Assembly: GCF_006345805.1 (NCBI RefSeq)
Contig: NC_043017.1
Coordinates: 14,880,001-14,944,000 of the forward strand
Direction of reading: 5' to 3'
Source of the DNA: Octopus sinensis
Taxonomy: Eukaryota
Length of the DNA stretch: 64,000 nt
A model generated the notes under the pieces. The model was not told the DNA's origin. It saw nothing but the letters and a program-made list of their open reading frames with translations, and searched no databases. The position numbers were made by a program, and so were the translations under genes. The first letter of the stretch is position 1. Every line of letters begins with the position of its first letter. Positions 39,186 through 52,450 of this stretch are shown in pieces.

Positions 39186-39758
39186 TCAATGATGAGAGAA
39201 GGTATTTGCAGACTTTCTGAGCTATTTTCAAGAGTAAATCAAAGAAAGACGACCATGTCCTCCTCTGTATCGTTCCAATTTTAGTCGAGATTATGAATGT
39301 GATTAATTTTGGCATCTTGTTATTTGGTTAAAAATTAGATTAGCCATCATATTGCAATGTCGCTGCGTCATCGTAAATTTAGTTATTTGTGTGTCTGTAC
39401 ACACACCGACACACATGTATGTATACTGTAATGCATATACATATATAAATATACACACAAGCACACACACACACACACATTTTATGGAATTATTCACGAT
39501 TTGTGTCTTGTGTCACTTCGTTAGAAACATGAACGAGGTACTTGCAGAAATTTTGGCGCGTCGCATAAAGTGTCTTGCTGAGATCGAATTCTACCGGTAA
39601 CAATTTTAAATTTCATCGTCCTGGGACCGATAAATAAACGAACAGTTAAGGCATGAGGGTGATTAATTTTTCCCTCTCTCTCTCTGTCACTTTCCACTTA
39701 CTCTCTTTGTCTCAATCGATCTTTTCCTTTCACTTATATCTCTTTCCCTGCCTTTCTC

Positions 39759-39789
<31 letters not shown>

Positions 39790-40870
39790 TTCTCTCTCTC
39801 TCTTTCTGTCTCCACATTGCATCACCTGAAGTGACATGGCGGTATTTGTTTCATTAACTTCATCTTAATAATTATTCGACTTAATAAAATTCATGTAAAT
39901 ATGTGTTGGTTGTGCCTAAACTAGACAGTAATTAACACAACCAACACATATTTACTCCAATAACATCATTATTTTACAAATAATTATCCGTGGACCAATA
40001 ATCTCGATTGTCTGCCAAAGTGCGATATTTTGCCAATCTCACATGAAATAGTACTGACATATTTCGTTGTTATCCTCTTCAGCGGAAAACACGGAATTGC
40101 ATTAATCATGGCAGAAGTGGGCATCAATCTGCTGTTGTATTGCTGGATCATATTTTTAAAACTATTTCTAGAATGTTTTATGTAATCGAATGATAAGATC
40201 GAAACCAGCAACCGACTGCTGTTACCACTGCAAAGAAACAATTGTTGGTTTTGTAATTAAAACCTTTTCATTCCATTTTATTGGTTTAAAAATCTCTATT
40301 TCTGCATGTGTATGTATATATATATATATATATACACACAATATGTAGTGTTATAATTCGGGATGGCCATTTTTTTTATCGGCAAATGAGCACACGCACT
40401 GGATATTCGTTCTTCTCTCGTTTATTATTGTTCGTATTTTATCTTATGTCCATAGTCTGGCGACTCTACAATCTCACGAGTATTCGCCTCTTCTTGTTAG
40501 TCTATTCTATCTTTCTATGACGTGTATGTTTGTCTCCGCACGTATTTCCATCAGTATCTGTGTGTGTGTGTGCACGTTCGTAGCATGTGTACGCGAGTCT
40601 GTGTTTTTTTTTTTGTGTGTGTTTGTGTTGGTTTGATCACTACATTGTTTGTGTGCGTGTTGTTTTTATAGTTTTGTTCTTTCTTTCATCTGTTTGCTTG
40701 TTTATCTCTTTCTTGTATTTCATCCTATGTATGTGCATTCATGGGTTTTATGTATTATGCTCTTTGTATGTCTATCACTTTTTCCTTCCCTTCTGCCCTT
40801 AGTCGTTGTGTTGCGTAATGTGGTGGTGGTGTATGTTACCCTTCCGTAAATGTAATATCTATATATGTGT

Positions 40871-40978
40871 GTTGTCATTATAGTAACCGGAGTTTCGAAC
40901 GTCAGAGCGGATAGCCGACGAGAATGCATCGTGGCTCTTCGTTCCGACATTCGAAACTCCGAGTACTATAATGACAAC
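40871..40978. mobile_element. 108-bp hairpin, probable MITE
   Basis: Terminal 29 nt are inverted repeats with 27/29 identity (GTTGTCATTATAGTA..CGGAGTTTCGAA), with further inner pairing. No TSD identified. Confidence 0.55.
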
Positions 40979-41061
40979 CTTTTACTGTGCGTTCTAAATT
41001 ATAACACATACAAATAATCCTCTATTTATCTAATATCGAGGTCTCATTCTTTTGTTATCAG

Positions 41062-41094
<33 letters not shown>

Positions 41095-44000
41095 TTTATT
41101 TTTATTATTCTATGTTTGACTTTTGCTTTATATTTGTACAAGTTGGCTCCAAGTCTCACCCATATACCTCAAGAGACAACAGGTTGGAAGTTCATGTTGT
41201 TGTTATACCTAGTGTGCCATATATTTGAGATTACATAGAAAGTATTTTGCGTAGGATATGAGCAGTTCCCATGAGCACTATCTTTTGAATTTCTGCCATT
41301 TTGGGGTTTCCTGGTATCTGAGTTAGGTAGCAATCAGCCCCTTTCGCTATCATTCTCAGGGCACCTATGACAACAGGTATTGTTTTAGTCTTCAGGTTCC
41401 ACATTTTGCTGGTTTCTATTTCAAGATCTTTATATATGCTCAGTTTTTGGTAGGTCTTGACAGATACGTTTATATCGATTGGGACAGTCATATCAATGAG
41501 GAGGCATGTTCTTTGACCGAAGTCTTTCAATATGATGTCTGGCCTATTTGCATCTATCTTTCTGTCAGTTTGAATGGTGAAGTTCCAGAGGAGTGAGATC
41601 TAGTCATTTTCAAGCACTGGAGGTGGTTTGTGTTCCCACCAGTTTTTTTCATGGGGCAAATCCAGGTTTTTGCAACTTACCCAGTGAATATATTGTGCAG
41701 CCCTATCATGCCTGTTGAGATACTTTGTAGGCGCTAGAAGACTGCACTTGGAGACAACATGATCAATGGTTTCCTTTTGTTGTTGACATACACGACATGT
41801 TGGGCGACTGCTTTTCTTTAATATGTTGGCCTGGTAGTTCCTTGTTGGTAGGCATTGATCTTGAGCTGCTATAATAAACCTTTCTGTTTCAGATTTTAAG
41901 CCAGAGGCCATTAGCCATTGATGGGCCAGGGCTTTGTCAACATCTGCATTATTCGCTCTCTTTGGGTATTTGCCATAGAGAGGTTTTTCTTGCCATTTAT
42001 CATTCAAAATATCTAAGGCAGCAGTTTTAGCACGGGTTTTCATGCGCTTAGCTTTTTCTGTGCTTGTTTCTTGTATGTCTAATTCCGAAATTGGTTGTAT
42101 TCGGAATTCACTTAGATATTCCTTTGCCTATTTTGTTACTGAGCATGATGCTTACTTGTTTTCATGTTTTGAGACTAGTTTTAACATCCAATCCTCAGAG
42201 TTTTTCAGGTAGGTGTCTAGGCCAATTGTAGCAATCTTCATTGTTATTGCCAGTTGTAAAAGTTCACGGACTCCCTCTTTTCTTGGCAGATAAAGTTGTT
42301 CTGTATCTGCCTTAGGATGGTGCATTCTATGCATTGTCAGCAGTTTTCGTATTTTTCTATCAAAATTACATATTTCAGTAATTGACCAGTTAACGATATT
42401 GAAACTGTAAGTCACGACTGGTATGGCTAAAGCATTGATCGCTTCGATCCTGTTTCTCGCATTCAGCTCTGTCTTGAGTATTGCTCTTACTCTGCGATAA
42501 CATTCTCACCTGATCCTTTCCTTCATCACTGAATGCCTTATTCCGTCCCCTTCAATTACCCCTAGGTACTTGTAGCTCTCCGCTGGGTCTAATTCTTTTA
42601 TGACATTCTGCTGGTCAAGGTTAACGTTAGGTGTTTCTGTCATTCTTCCTTTGATAAAGGTAGCTTTTGCACATTTATCGAGGCTAAATTGCATTCTGAT
42701 GTCATTACTGAATTATTTAACAATCTCTAGTAAGCCCTTGAGTTGTTGGTCATTTTTTGCGAAGAGCTTTAAATTATCCATGTAAATGAGATGATTTATA
42801 TTTTTATCAAACATTTTGTATCCGTACGACGCGTCAATGAGTAATTTTGAGAGAGGTATTAAGGCTAAACAAAAGAGGAGTGGTGATAGTGAGTCACCCT
42901 GGAAAATGCCACATGAAATTTTTACATCACCAGCATTTAGAGATTCATTGTCACTGTTCAAAGTTAATGTGATTCTCCATGATCTCATACTTACAGTCAA
43001 AAGTTTCGCAGAGTAGGTGCTATTTTATACATTTCCAGGCATTTCTTAATCCAGCTATGTGGTAGGCTGTCAAAAGCCTTTTTATAGTCTATCCAGGCTA
43101 TTGATAAGTTTTTGTGTCGTTTGTGACAATCTTCTAAGATCATCTTATTGATGAGTAGTTGGTCTTTACAACCATAGGATCCACGTTTAAATCCTTTCTG
43201 TTCATTTGGGAATATGCTGCTGTCTATCAAAAAAATTATAGGTATATTCCGTCAGGAGAGATGTTAGCGCTTTATACATAGATCGTCTATAGTTTTTTGG
43301 TTCATTTGTTTCTTCACTTTTTGGAAGCAGGAATGTTAACCCATTAACAAGCCAAGGAGACATCCTACTAGGGTGTTACAAAACATCATTGTACAGTTCT
43401 GTTAGCAGTCCATGGCTCTCTGGGAAGGCATTCAACCATTTTATCCTTTCCTGGAGACTTCCATTTGCTTGACCTCCTGAGAGCAGATCTTATATCTTCT
43501 ACCTTGACACCCTCCCACTTTTGCTCTTCTAAGGAGTCCAGTTCTGTAGATATTCCATCAATCCAGGGGGCCTTTTCGTTGTGTGTTTTTTCTTCTGCCC
43601 AAATTTTATTCCAAAATCTCTGCACAGTAACTGGTGTTTTTCCAATCTTCCTGTAAAAAGTTTTGGGGTTATTTTTGAACATGTTGTTATCCTTGAAGAA
43701 TCTAACACACTTTTCATACCTCGCTATGCGGGCAGCTTTAGCAGATACCTTTTGCTTGATGGTTTCTATGGTGGCATCATTGCCTATCACTTATACTAAC
43801 TCTTTCAAACATTACTTCGTTTTTATCAGTCCTGGGCTGGTCTATAATTATTTCCTCTGTATTATCTTCTTTAACTGCAGCTTCGTTCATTTTATCCGTT
43901 ACTACTTGTCTAATTTGATCAATCTCTACTTCAGTCTGTAATTTTTTTAATATAATGTTTCTTCTGACGTTGGCAAGCTTGTTACTGTCTATGTAGGGTC

Positions 44001-44601
44001 TTGCTTCAGGGTGTTTCTGTCTCCAGTTTAAGTATGTTTGTACAGTGTTAGATTTATCTGTGGGGAAATATATGGCATGGTAGAATGCCGCAAGAACTTC
44101 TTTATTATCTTCCCTAGACCATTTTTCCTTCTTTTTCTTTTGATTATTTGGTGACGGGCACGGATGGCCATCTGTTGGAATATTCCGGTTGTGGGGTACG
44201 TCCAGCTCCTGTGTGTCGGAAAGATTTGAACCAGTAGCTGATTTTTCAATCAGAATTTGGTTCAATTTTCGGGTACGTGGTCTTTTGGAATCCGCGCGAC
44301 GACCAATGCGGTTTGTAGTTTGTATTGTTGACATTGAAGCATGACGAGCTTCGACTCTTACATTAGGAGACGGATCTGTCAGTTTAGGGTTCTCTGCATG
44401 TAAACATTGTTCGTAGCACCGCTTCTTAAGGCCAGCAGATCTGTATTCGTCTGTATTTTTTTTTTGTTGATAGATTTATCTTCGAACATAGTTTCTTTTT
44501 TCTTTTTTTTTTCCTTTTTTTAAACTTATGAAAGGTTCACTCTACATGTGTTAGTTCGAAAAAATCAGAATAAAATACGGGAAAAAAAAGGATCTGTCAG
44601 C
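41062..44601 (-). mobile_element. R4/Dong-clade non-LTR retrotransposon (RT plus restriction-like endonuclease), near full length, mutated
   Basis: N-terminal KEKWSREDNKEVL; RT motifs [38 protein letters not shown] and HLIYMDNLKLF; CCHC motif CRVCQQQKETIDHVVSKC; RLE motif LIDMTVP..KLSIYKDL; (AAT)n tail at 41062-41093. Many stops and frameshifts. Confidence 0.95.
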
Positions 44602-44709
44602 TATTATTGTTATTATTATTATTATCATTATTACCACCATCACCATCATCATCATCATGATGATCATCATCATCAATGATATTGTTTTATGTGTAGTCAC
44701 AGCAGTAGC

Positions 44710-44747
<38 letters not shown>

Positions 44748-44775
44748 TTTATCATTATCACCATCACCACCAATA
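44602..44775. repeat. (ATT)/(CAT)/(CAC) microsatellite
   Basis: Directly visible. Confidence 0.9.
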
Positions 44776-46013
44776 CTACCATTGTTTGAGGGAATAGTTG
44801 GTTAGCATTTGGTAAAGAGGTCATGTTCTATAGGTCTATAAATAGATTCAGCAGATGGTGGAGAGGTCAGCCAAAGAGACAAATGACATTTTAGGTCAGG
44901 AGAGGTCAAACCTGTTTACTAGTACCAGCGCTGCCTTGAAAAGCAATTCACCTTGTTATATTTGTAATTAATGGTAGGAAGAAAAACAAAATATATATAT
45001 ATATATATATACCCACACACATATGTATATGTATACATACACACATATTATCTGATATTCACGTCTATGATTTTTTAAATTTCTGAATTCAATTTTGTTG
45101 TTGCAATAAAAGTTGTGTTTACGTATTTGGGTAATATATTCAAGTATTCTTGAGATGTTCGTTTGTCTGTCCATTTGGAAAATGCAATAAGACTTTTGCA
45201 ATGGGAAGAAGAATGTTTACATTTTCGAATGCTCAGGGAGAGCTAAAAAGAAAAGAAAACAAGTTCTAAGATTTACTAAATATGGTCTTTTGTATGACTG
45301 CACAGAGAGAAATGATAGTGTTCTTAGAATAAAAAGGAGGATGATATTTACATTTTCGAATACTCAGGGAGAGAGAAAAGGATACGTTGTCGCACATTAG
45401 TTGTAGATATTAAAGATTCTTTTGTATTTTAAGCTGACCGTTTGTGTGTTCGATAGCTGTAGGTATGTAAGTTTCCAACTTATTTTATTTTGAGGGGGAT
45501 TTAAAATATTTACAGGGAGTTGTAGATATTCCAGTCTTTGGGGACAGTAGGAGGAAGAGCGGGTTCATCTTGTTGGGTTTTTGAATTTCTGAATTTCTTT
45601 TTCTTTGCGAATTTTTTATTTTTAAAAATTTTGCTGTGGTTTACAGTTTTTGTAGTTGTGCAGTTTGTATATATTTGCAGGTGCTTAATTCCATAATTTT
45701 TTATCGTGCATTTAATTGTGTTGTTACATTAAAAGGCATTTTTACATATTCTGATAGTCAAGGAAGAAGGGACGATAAAATGTTCACAAAAAATTGGAGA
45801 TATTTATGTTTCTAAATTTTTTGTTAGGTGTTCGTTTGTATGTCCAAAGCTGTAGATATGGAAGTTCCTTAACTTATTTTGAGGGAAATTCAAATTACTC
45901 ACAGAAAACAGTAGATCTTCCAGTTTTTTACAGTTGTTTTTTCAGTTGTCCTGCTGGATTAGCTGGTGACAGGTCAGAGCAGCGAAAAACACGTCCAGCT
46001 TCTGTCACGTCCA

Positions 46014-46045
<32 letters not shown>

Positions 46046-46136
46046 GTTATTATTATTATTATTGTGTGTGTGCGTGTACGTGCTGGGTATTCGGGCTATA
46101 TTTGTAGTTTTCATGTACACACACACACACACACAA

Positions 46137-46193
<57 letters not shown>

Positions 46194-46344
46194 TTTATAT
46201 CATATGTAAACACTGGCATTATTAAAATTCTAGTGAAAACTTATCGGTAGATAGAAATTAATTTATTCTTCAATCGCTTCACTTTTATACTTATATTTGT
46301 ATAATGCTGCGCTCAGTTATTCGGACTATCATTTCATATATTTC

Positions 46345-46470
46345 CGTATCTTTTGCTTGCTTCACTCATTGGACTGCAGCCATAATAGGGAACAGTCGTA
46401 AATGGTTTTAGTCCGACAAATCAACCCCACTACTTATTTTCAATTCTACTTCTTATTCCATTGAGCTCTT
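46345..46470 (-). mobile_element. SINE family B, 3' fragment
   Basis: CTCATTGGACTGCAGCCAT...GGTTTTAGTCCGACAAATCAACCCCACTACTTATT. Confidence 0.55.
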
Positions 46471-47179
46471 TTTCTTGAATCGCTTTCTAATGGTACATAA
46501 GCAATCCAACATCGATTTTCTATATACACCCCCACTCCGCACATATAAGCAATAATTATAACGATAGAGACTATGGAAACTGGGACATCATCAGAGTTTA
46601 TTTCCTTTTATTTTACAATGCCATGCTGTATATGTTTATGGTTGCAACAACCTACACATGTTTCCATTGCACAGAGTATGGGCTGTTGCATATGCAACCG
46701 GGCATAATTTTCTTTGAAACTTCGTTCAGTCTTTCAACCAGTTTGGCTCGAAGCTAACTAAATTCAGTCAGTTCATTATTGGTTAAGGTTCAGGAGAAAA
46801 TGAGGGGAGGTTGTTTTGAATCTAAAATCTGATCTGCCTGTAAACAAGTGTGGTTGACCACTGTTTCACATTTCCTGCCCAAAGACAGCGTTCTGTCTAA
46901 CTAGATTATGTTACCGTTTTGGCAGGCTTCTTTGTGTATTGTAGTAGAAGGCTACTTAATAAGCTTACTTCCCACTAAAGTTCTTGTAATGTATTTTAGC
47001 TTAGGGTGGTTCAGTCCCATCTTATGTTCTTAGTTATTCAGACATTTTTGTAGCTGTGGTGTCAATTATGCTGGCTCCTAGAAAGGATATATATATATAA
47101 TATATATATATATATACATATAGTTATCTTGGTTAAGAAAAAGCCATGTAGTTGGGAAGATTAGGATATGTGCTTCTAT

Positions 47180-47440
47180 CTTTTCTTTCGAGTTATCTAA
47201 AACGTATGTTAAATTTCATAAAGGTACTGCTATGCTTATGTAAGCATCTTTGGGCCTGTTCCGGCTCGCTATTAAGTAATTTGTGCCTTTGTGCAAAGAT
47301 TTGGTACAGGTCTTCTATATATGACTCATATTTATTTTCTCCCTATTCTCTACGCTTTAGCCGTGCTAATTATCTTCCACTCCGACGTAAAGCTCTGGCT
47401 CCTATCTTTAAGGGACCATATTAGTCCTCTTAAGTTCCTG
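47180..47440 (-). mobile_element. Degraded Penelope-like GIY-YIG C-terminal remnant
   Basis: The - strand gives LIWSLKDRSQSFTSEWKIISTAKA and KLLNSEPE..RCLHK, paralleling the IW.L...Y.I.WKI...CKPY...LN...C.H region at 5100-5330. Confidence 0.5.
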
Positions 47441-50400
47441 TTCTTCATCTATTCCTAAATAAATTTAAATGATATGCTAGTCTTTTAAAATTATGTTCTA
47501 CCTTTCGTCTTGAAGATATAAATTAAAATGATTTTAAACAAGGAATTTTACTGTGTTCAGTGTTTCATATATAATTCAACTTTACATCACTTTAGAGAGA
47601 GCGCGGGAAAGAAAACGAGTGAAGAGAGATGTAGGGAGAAAGAGAGAGAGAGAGAGGGGGGAGGGAACAGAGAAAGAAGGAGAAAATGAGAGAAAGACAG
47701 ATAGAGTAGCTCTAGGATAATATTTATATTTCATCGTTATGCGCATGGTCAACCATATAAACACGTTTAGTGTTGTATCCCTATTGACATGTGTCTTTCT
47801 ATGTCCCCTTTAGTTTTTTTCTATTTGCAATGATCTCTTCGTTATGGAAAAGTTATTCTAAGCGGATCATTACCCAAAACGTTCAATTCGATACGGACAT
47901 TCCTAAGGAGGGCCCGTTCCTAAGGAGGATATTCCTAAGGAGGGCTCATACGTTTCCAAATTCGGAGAATATTTGACCTAAATTTGTTTCTCGTATCCGT
48001 TGTTTAATTACTAAAACGTCAACTTTCATTACACTTTAGAATTGTTTGTCCTCTCCAAATAGACTGTCTCTCTAATAGAGTTGTTTTCCTTAAAATTTGA
48101 AAATGTATAATTTTTCAAATTTTGCAGAAATACTTTATCGAATGTAACAACAATTCCGTCTCCTCCCCATTCTGACATCGGCTCCGCATAACTTTCTGAA
48201 TAATATAATTCCTTTTTATTCCACATCACATTTTCTTTTTATTTATCAAATTTCTAGAGATGTGATAATAAAAGAATAAACGAACAATGAGATACAATAT
48301 TGAAAATATTGGGTTCTTTTCTACAGTTCCAATTAATTTCTCTTGCACAATTTTTTCATTTGATGAAAAAACTACTTTTAACCAGGATTTTTATCAAAGT
48401 TCTTCTTTATCAAGATAATTCTCTTTTTCTTTTTGTTTTGTCACGAAATTAAAATGAGAAAAGTAGGATCGAAAGCTTCATACATCTGAGAAATCTGAAC
48501 ATTATTCAATTTATCTACATTAAAATGAAAAATAAAATATATTCTACATTTTTGCGCATAAAATGACTTCATAAGAACTTGGCATATTTAAAGTTATTCC
48601 ATGTATTTGGCGCTCGGGCATCGGTGGGTAACCCCGCTTATCTATTGACACGACAATGTACGCATGAGAACGAAAGGACGAAGCCAGACGTTTACTAGAA
48701 AAACTAAACGAGATTAGGCGAGAACAATGGAAAAGAGAAAAAGCCTAACAATAAGAATTTGACGTTGCGAGACATAAATTCAGTGATGCGTGAAGAGAAC
48801 ATTATATGAACAAACGAATGGTCCGGCACCAGGCATCAAATAGTGTGACCCGTAGAACGAGTTGATGTGACGACAAACTGTTTAGTAAAGTAAAAAGTTC
48901 TGAAAGGTTTATTATTGCGGAACGCAGACAAGAAGTGGGTATGACATTGCATGGAGGGGAGAGGATCCTGTTGGTGAGTTCTTCAGTTGTGGGAAGCATG
49001 GGGTCACCTATTAATTACCATTAATGTCAGGTCTGTTCTAAATTAGAACTCCTAGTACCTGTCGGGGTCCTTTCTATGGGTTAAATAGACTTCCCGGGAA
49101 TAGAAGAGGTCCCTATTATTTTCGTAAAGGCCATGGGGAAGGCAATTCTTTGATGAGAAATGTTCTCTAATATAAACCTTGCAGTCAGAATAGTTCCAGT
49201 TGTCTTGCAATACTTGTCACTGGAACCTACAACCGAGAGACTGGCAGAAGTGTTGCACAAGCTTTTGTCACATAAACCCAATGGCATACAGATCTCTCTC
49301 TCTCTCTCTCTCTTGATTGTTTTGGCATTCAAAAAGTGTTATGGTGACGTATAAAGTCATATCCAATCGGATATGAAAATAAATCCGAACAATCATTCTA
49401 AATGTAGAACTGATATCATCTGACAAGATGAGGCAATCGTCGCCGTCGTCCTCGTCGTCATCATCATCATCATCATCATAATCAGCGCGCGCGCGCACGC
49501 ACACAAAAAGCTCACCACTCGCAAGCAACAGTGGTTTAGTTGCACGTGCCAAGGTTTCCATTGCTGTTTGTCATAGCAAGCAGATATTTCCAAGTTCTTG
49601 CTGCTCCCACCCTACACCCAATGTAGCGCACAGGACGTAGGCTATAGAGAGGTTTTACCAACACAAAATTGGTCCTAATTTCACCTGACCAGGCTGGAGC
49701 AACTGTGAGATAATGTAAGACGCCGCCCCATCCATGAGTCGCACCAATGCCTTTATGACCATGAGCATTGGAAACTATATATCTGGAAGGGAGTAGGTTC
49801 ACGCTAGTGTTTGTGTCTGTTCGTGTATACATGTATGTGTGTGTATATATGTGTGCGCACACCTATATACGTGTGTGCGTGTGTAAATGCGTGCAGATGT
49901 ATGTCCGTGTACATATGTGGGTGTTTACGTTTCTTTATATGCGTGTATACATGTGCGTTTCTCTTTTATGTGTGTAATTTTGTTGATCAGTGTAAACTGT
50001 TATGTCACTTGATGTCAGATTGTCATCCAGCGTTTCAATGAATATCGCTAAAATAATAACGAAATTGTAATAATTACTAGGACGGATATGAGCGTCTGTA
50101 ATCTTTGAATGCGTTGTCAGCGTAGCCAGAGTCTAATAATTGAAGCCAGTGAAAGAAAGGTGAACCAATTTTCATTGAAATCCTTTGTATCAAAATCACA
50201 TATCAATAATTAATGATATTGACCTGCAATGAAACAGATCTTTAGTTTTGTTTCGCTTGAAGAATAATGAAATGGTAATTGCTGTCAATGAGAGAATTGC
50301 GTTTCTGCGACATCAAACTCGTTCAGGATTGTTACACGTTGGACACAGATCACTTAAAAAGTTGCTCATCTCCAACTAATCCAATATATTCAGAAACTAA

Positions 50401-51126
50401 TTTGCATAAACGTGCATAGCATTTAAATTAAATATCCTGGATTAATCAATGACGTAGGGACAACGCTAATTACGTTTTTTTCTGGAGCTGTGGAAACTAG
50501 TGGGAGGAATTATCAATGAACCAGAGACAGACATTGATTGGTTGTATCGATTGGTCGTAATCGTGAACTCGGCCAAACGTATTCACAGACCAGGACTTAG
50601 AGTTAAACAAAGCAAACCACCAACGCCAGACCCAGCCGCCACCGACGTGATTTCCCTTCATCAAAATTTCATTCAGATTGGAATCTTTAGAAGATACTTG
50701 GCTGACATGCCACATGGTCAGCTTGAATCACAAATTAGATTTTTGATGTCATTTTGTCAGGTTCTTTCAGCAGTGGATGCGAAACCATTGGTCGCTATAT
50801 GACCGGACATAAACTTAATTACTTTTAATATATATATGACAAAATGAGACAACCAAGTCAAGGCTGTAAATAGTTTTCTTGACATTTATAAGGAAAAAGA
50901 CATAGTCTTACAGCTGTTTCTAGGATATTATGGTTATCTCTTCAACAGAGGCGATGTGAGATGGTTAAATAGAGGCAAATGAGTTCGAATTATCTCACAT
51001 CGTCTCTGATAAGGAGATATCCATGATATCCCAGAAACAGGTGTAAGACTATATATCTATATCTTTTTCCTTATAAATATCTCGAAAACTACTCACAGCC
51101 TTGGCTTGGCTATCTCATTTTGTCTA

Positions 51127-51197
<71 letters not shown>

Positions 51198-51339
51198 GTT
51201 AATACAAGAATCACATTAGACTCCTCACCCGTATCACTATCGAACCAAGAGTTTAACTACATTCTGTCCGTAGCACTTACATAGTATTACCTGCCAATCT
51301 TTGGGTCTTCTAGATACCAATACGTCTCATACACTCTTG

Positions 51340-51375
<36 letters not shown>

Positions 51376-51812
51376 ATATATATATATATATATGCAGAAA
51401 TATGTTCCGTGAGAATTTGTATATTTTCACTTTATGATCAAAGGTCACAATTAAGAAACTGGAAAGTTTCGAATGGGCAGCAAATTAATGCAATTGGAAG
51501 AGTTGACGAGAAGATTCGTGTCTCACATATATCCCAGAAGGATCTCTAAGCAGATGCTATACGGCGCCCTACCACACCCATCGGAAACCAAAACTACGAT
51601 TTAAAGACTGAATGTAGTTCTCATTAACGGCATGGGAAATATGGGAGATCAAGTAGGAAAACAATGCTTCTCATTACCACAAATAGAGGAAACAAGTAAC
51701 GGAAGGAGTGGATATTTTCGAAAAAATTTTTAATGCACACCTTAAGCGAGCTGTTCGGAAAGGCACCATCAGTGAATGGAGAAAACTTGGTCTGCAATAT
51801 CTGTGGATGTGT

Positions 51813-52028
51813 AAGGCGGCGGGTTGGCAGAAACGTTAGTACGCTGAGCGAAATGCTTAGCAGTATTTCGTCTCTCTTTACGTTCTGGTTCAAATTCCGC
51901 CGAGGTCGACTTTGCCTTTCAACCTTTCAGGTTCGATAAATTAAGAACCAGTTGCGTACTGGGGTTGAACTAATCGACTGGTCCCCTCCCAAAAATTTTC
52001 GGACCTTATGCCTCGAGTAGAAAAGATT
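51813..52028 (+). mobile_element. SINE family A
   Basis: GGCGGCGGGTTGGCAGAAACGTTAG...CAAATTCCGCCGAGGTCGACTTTGCCTTTC...GTTGCGTACTGGGG. Confidence 0.9.
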
Positions 52029-52089
52029 ATGTGTGGATGCTAATCAGACGCTTGGCTCATTAGTCACCAGCGGAGCCACAAGCGTATGC

Positions 52090-52139
<50 letters not shown>

Positions 52140-52146
<7 letters not shown>

Positions 52147-52450
52147 CAAAATGGGACAAGAATGCAAAACATTCAAATAGACGACACAAAAAAACGGACG
52201 GGTTATTCGAAGCCTCTAATCTTCAGTCAAGAACCGGATCATCCTCGCAATTTCGGCCCCAAGGAAAAACTAAGCTACGAGCATTAGATTTCTTGGAAAA
52301 AGGATCGAATGTATACGAAACAAGGACAGAAAAACGGACGATGCCACACGAATATAAATACAAAAAACAATAATAATAATAACAGGACAAAAACAACAGG
52401 CGTCTTTCGACTTTCGACAGTTCAACTTAGCTTAGCTGGCGTATTTGGAA
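52140..52450 (-). mobile_element. Probable Penelope-like pLTR remnant
   Basis: The start is homologous to 28625-28700 (TACAAAATGG.ACAA.AA.GCAA...GACGACACAAA). The - strand carries CTGAAGA...CGAA and CTG...CGAAAGAC motifs. Family assignment is inferred. Confidence 0.4.
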
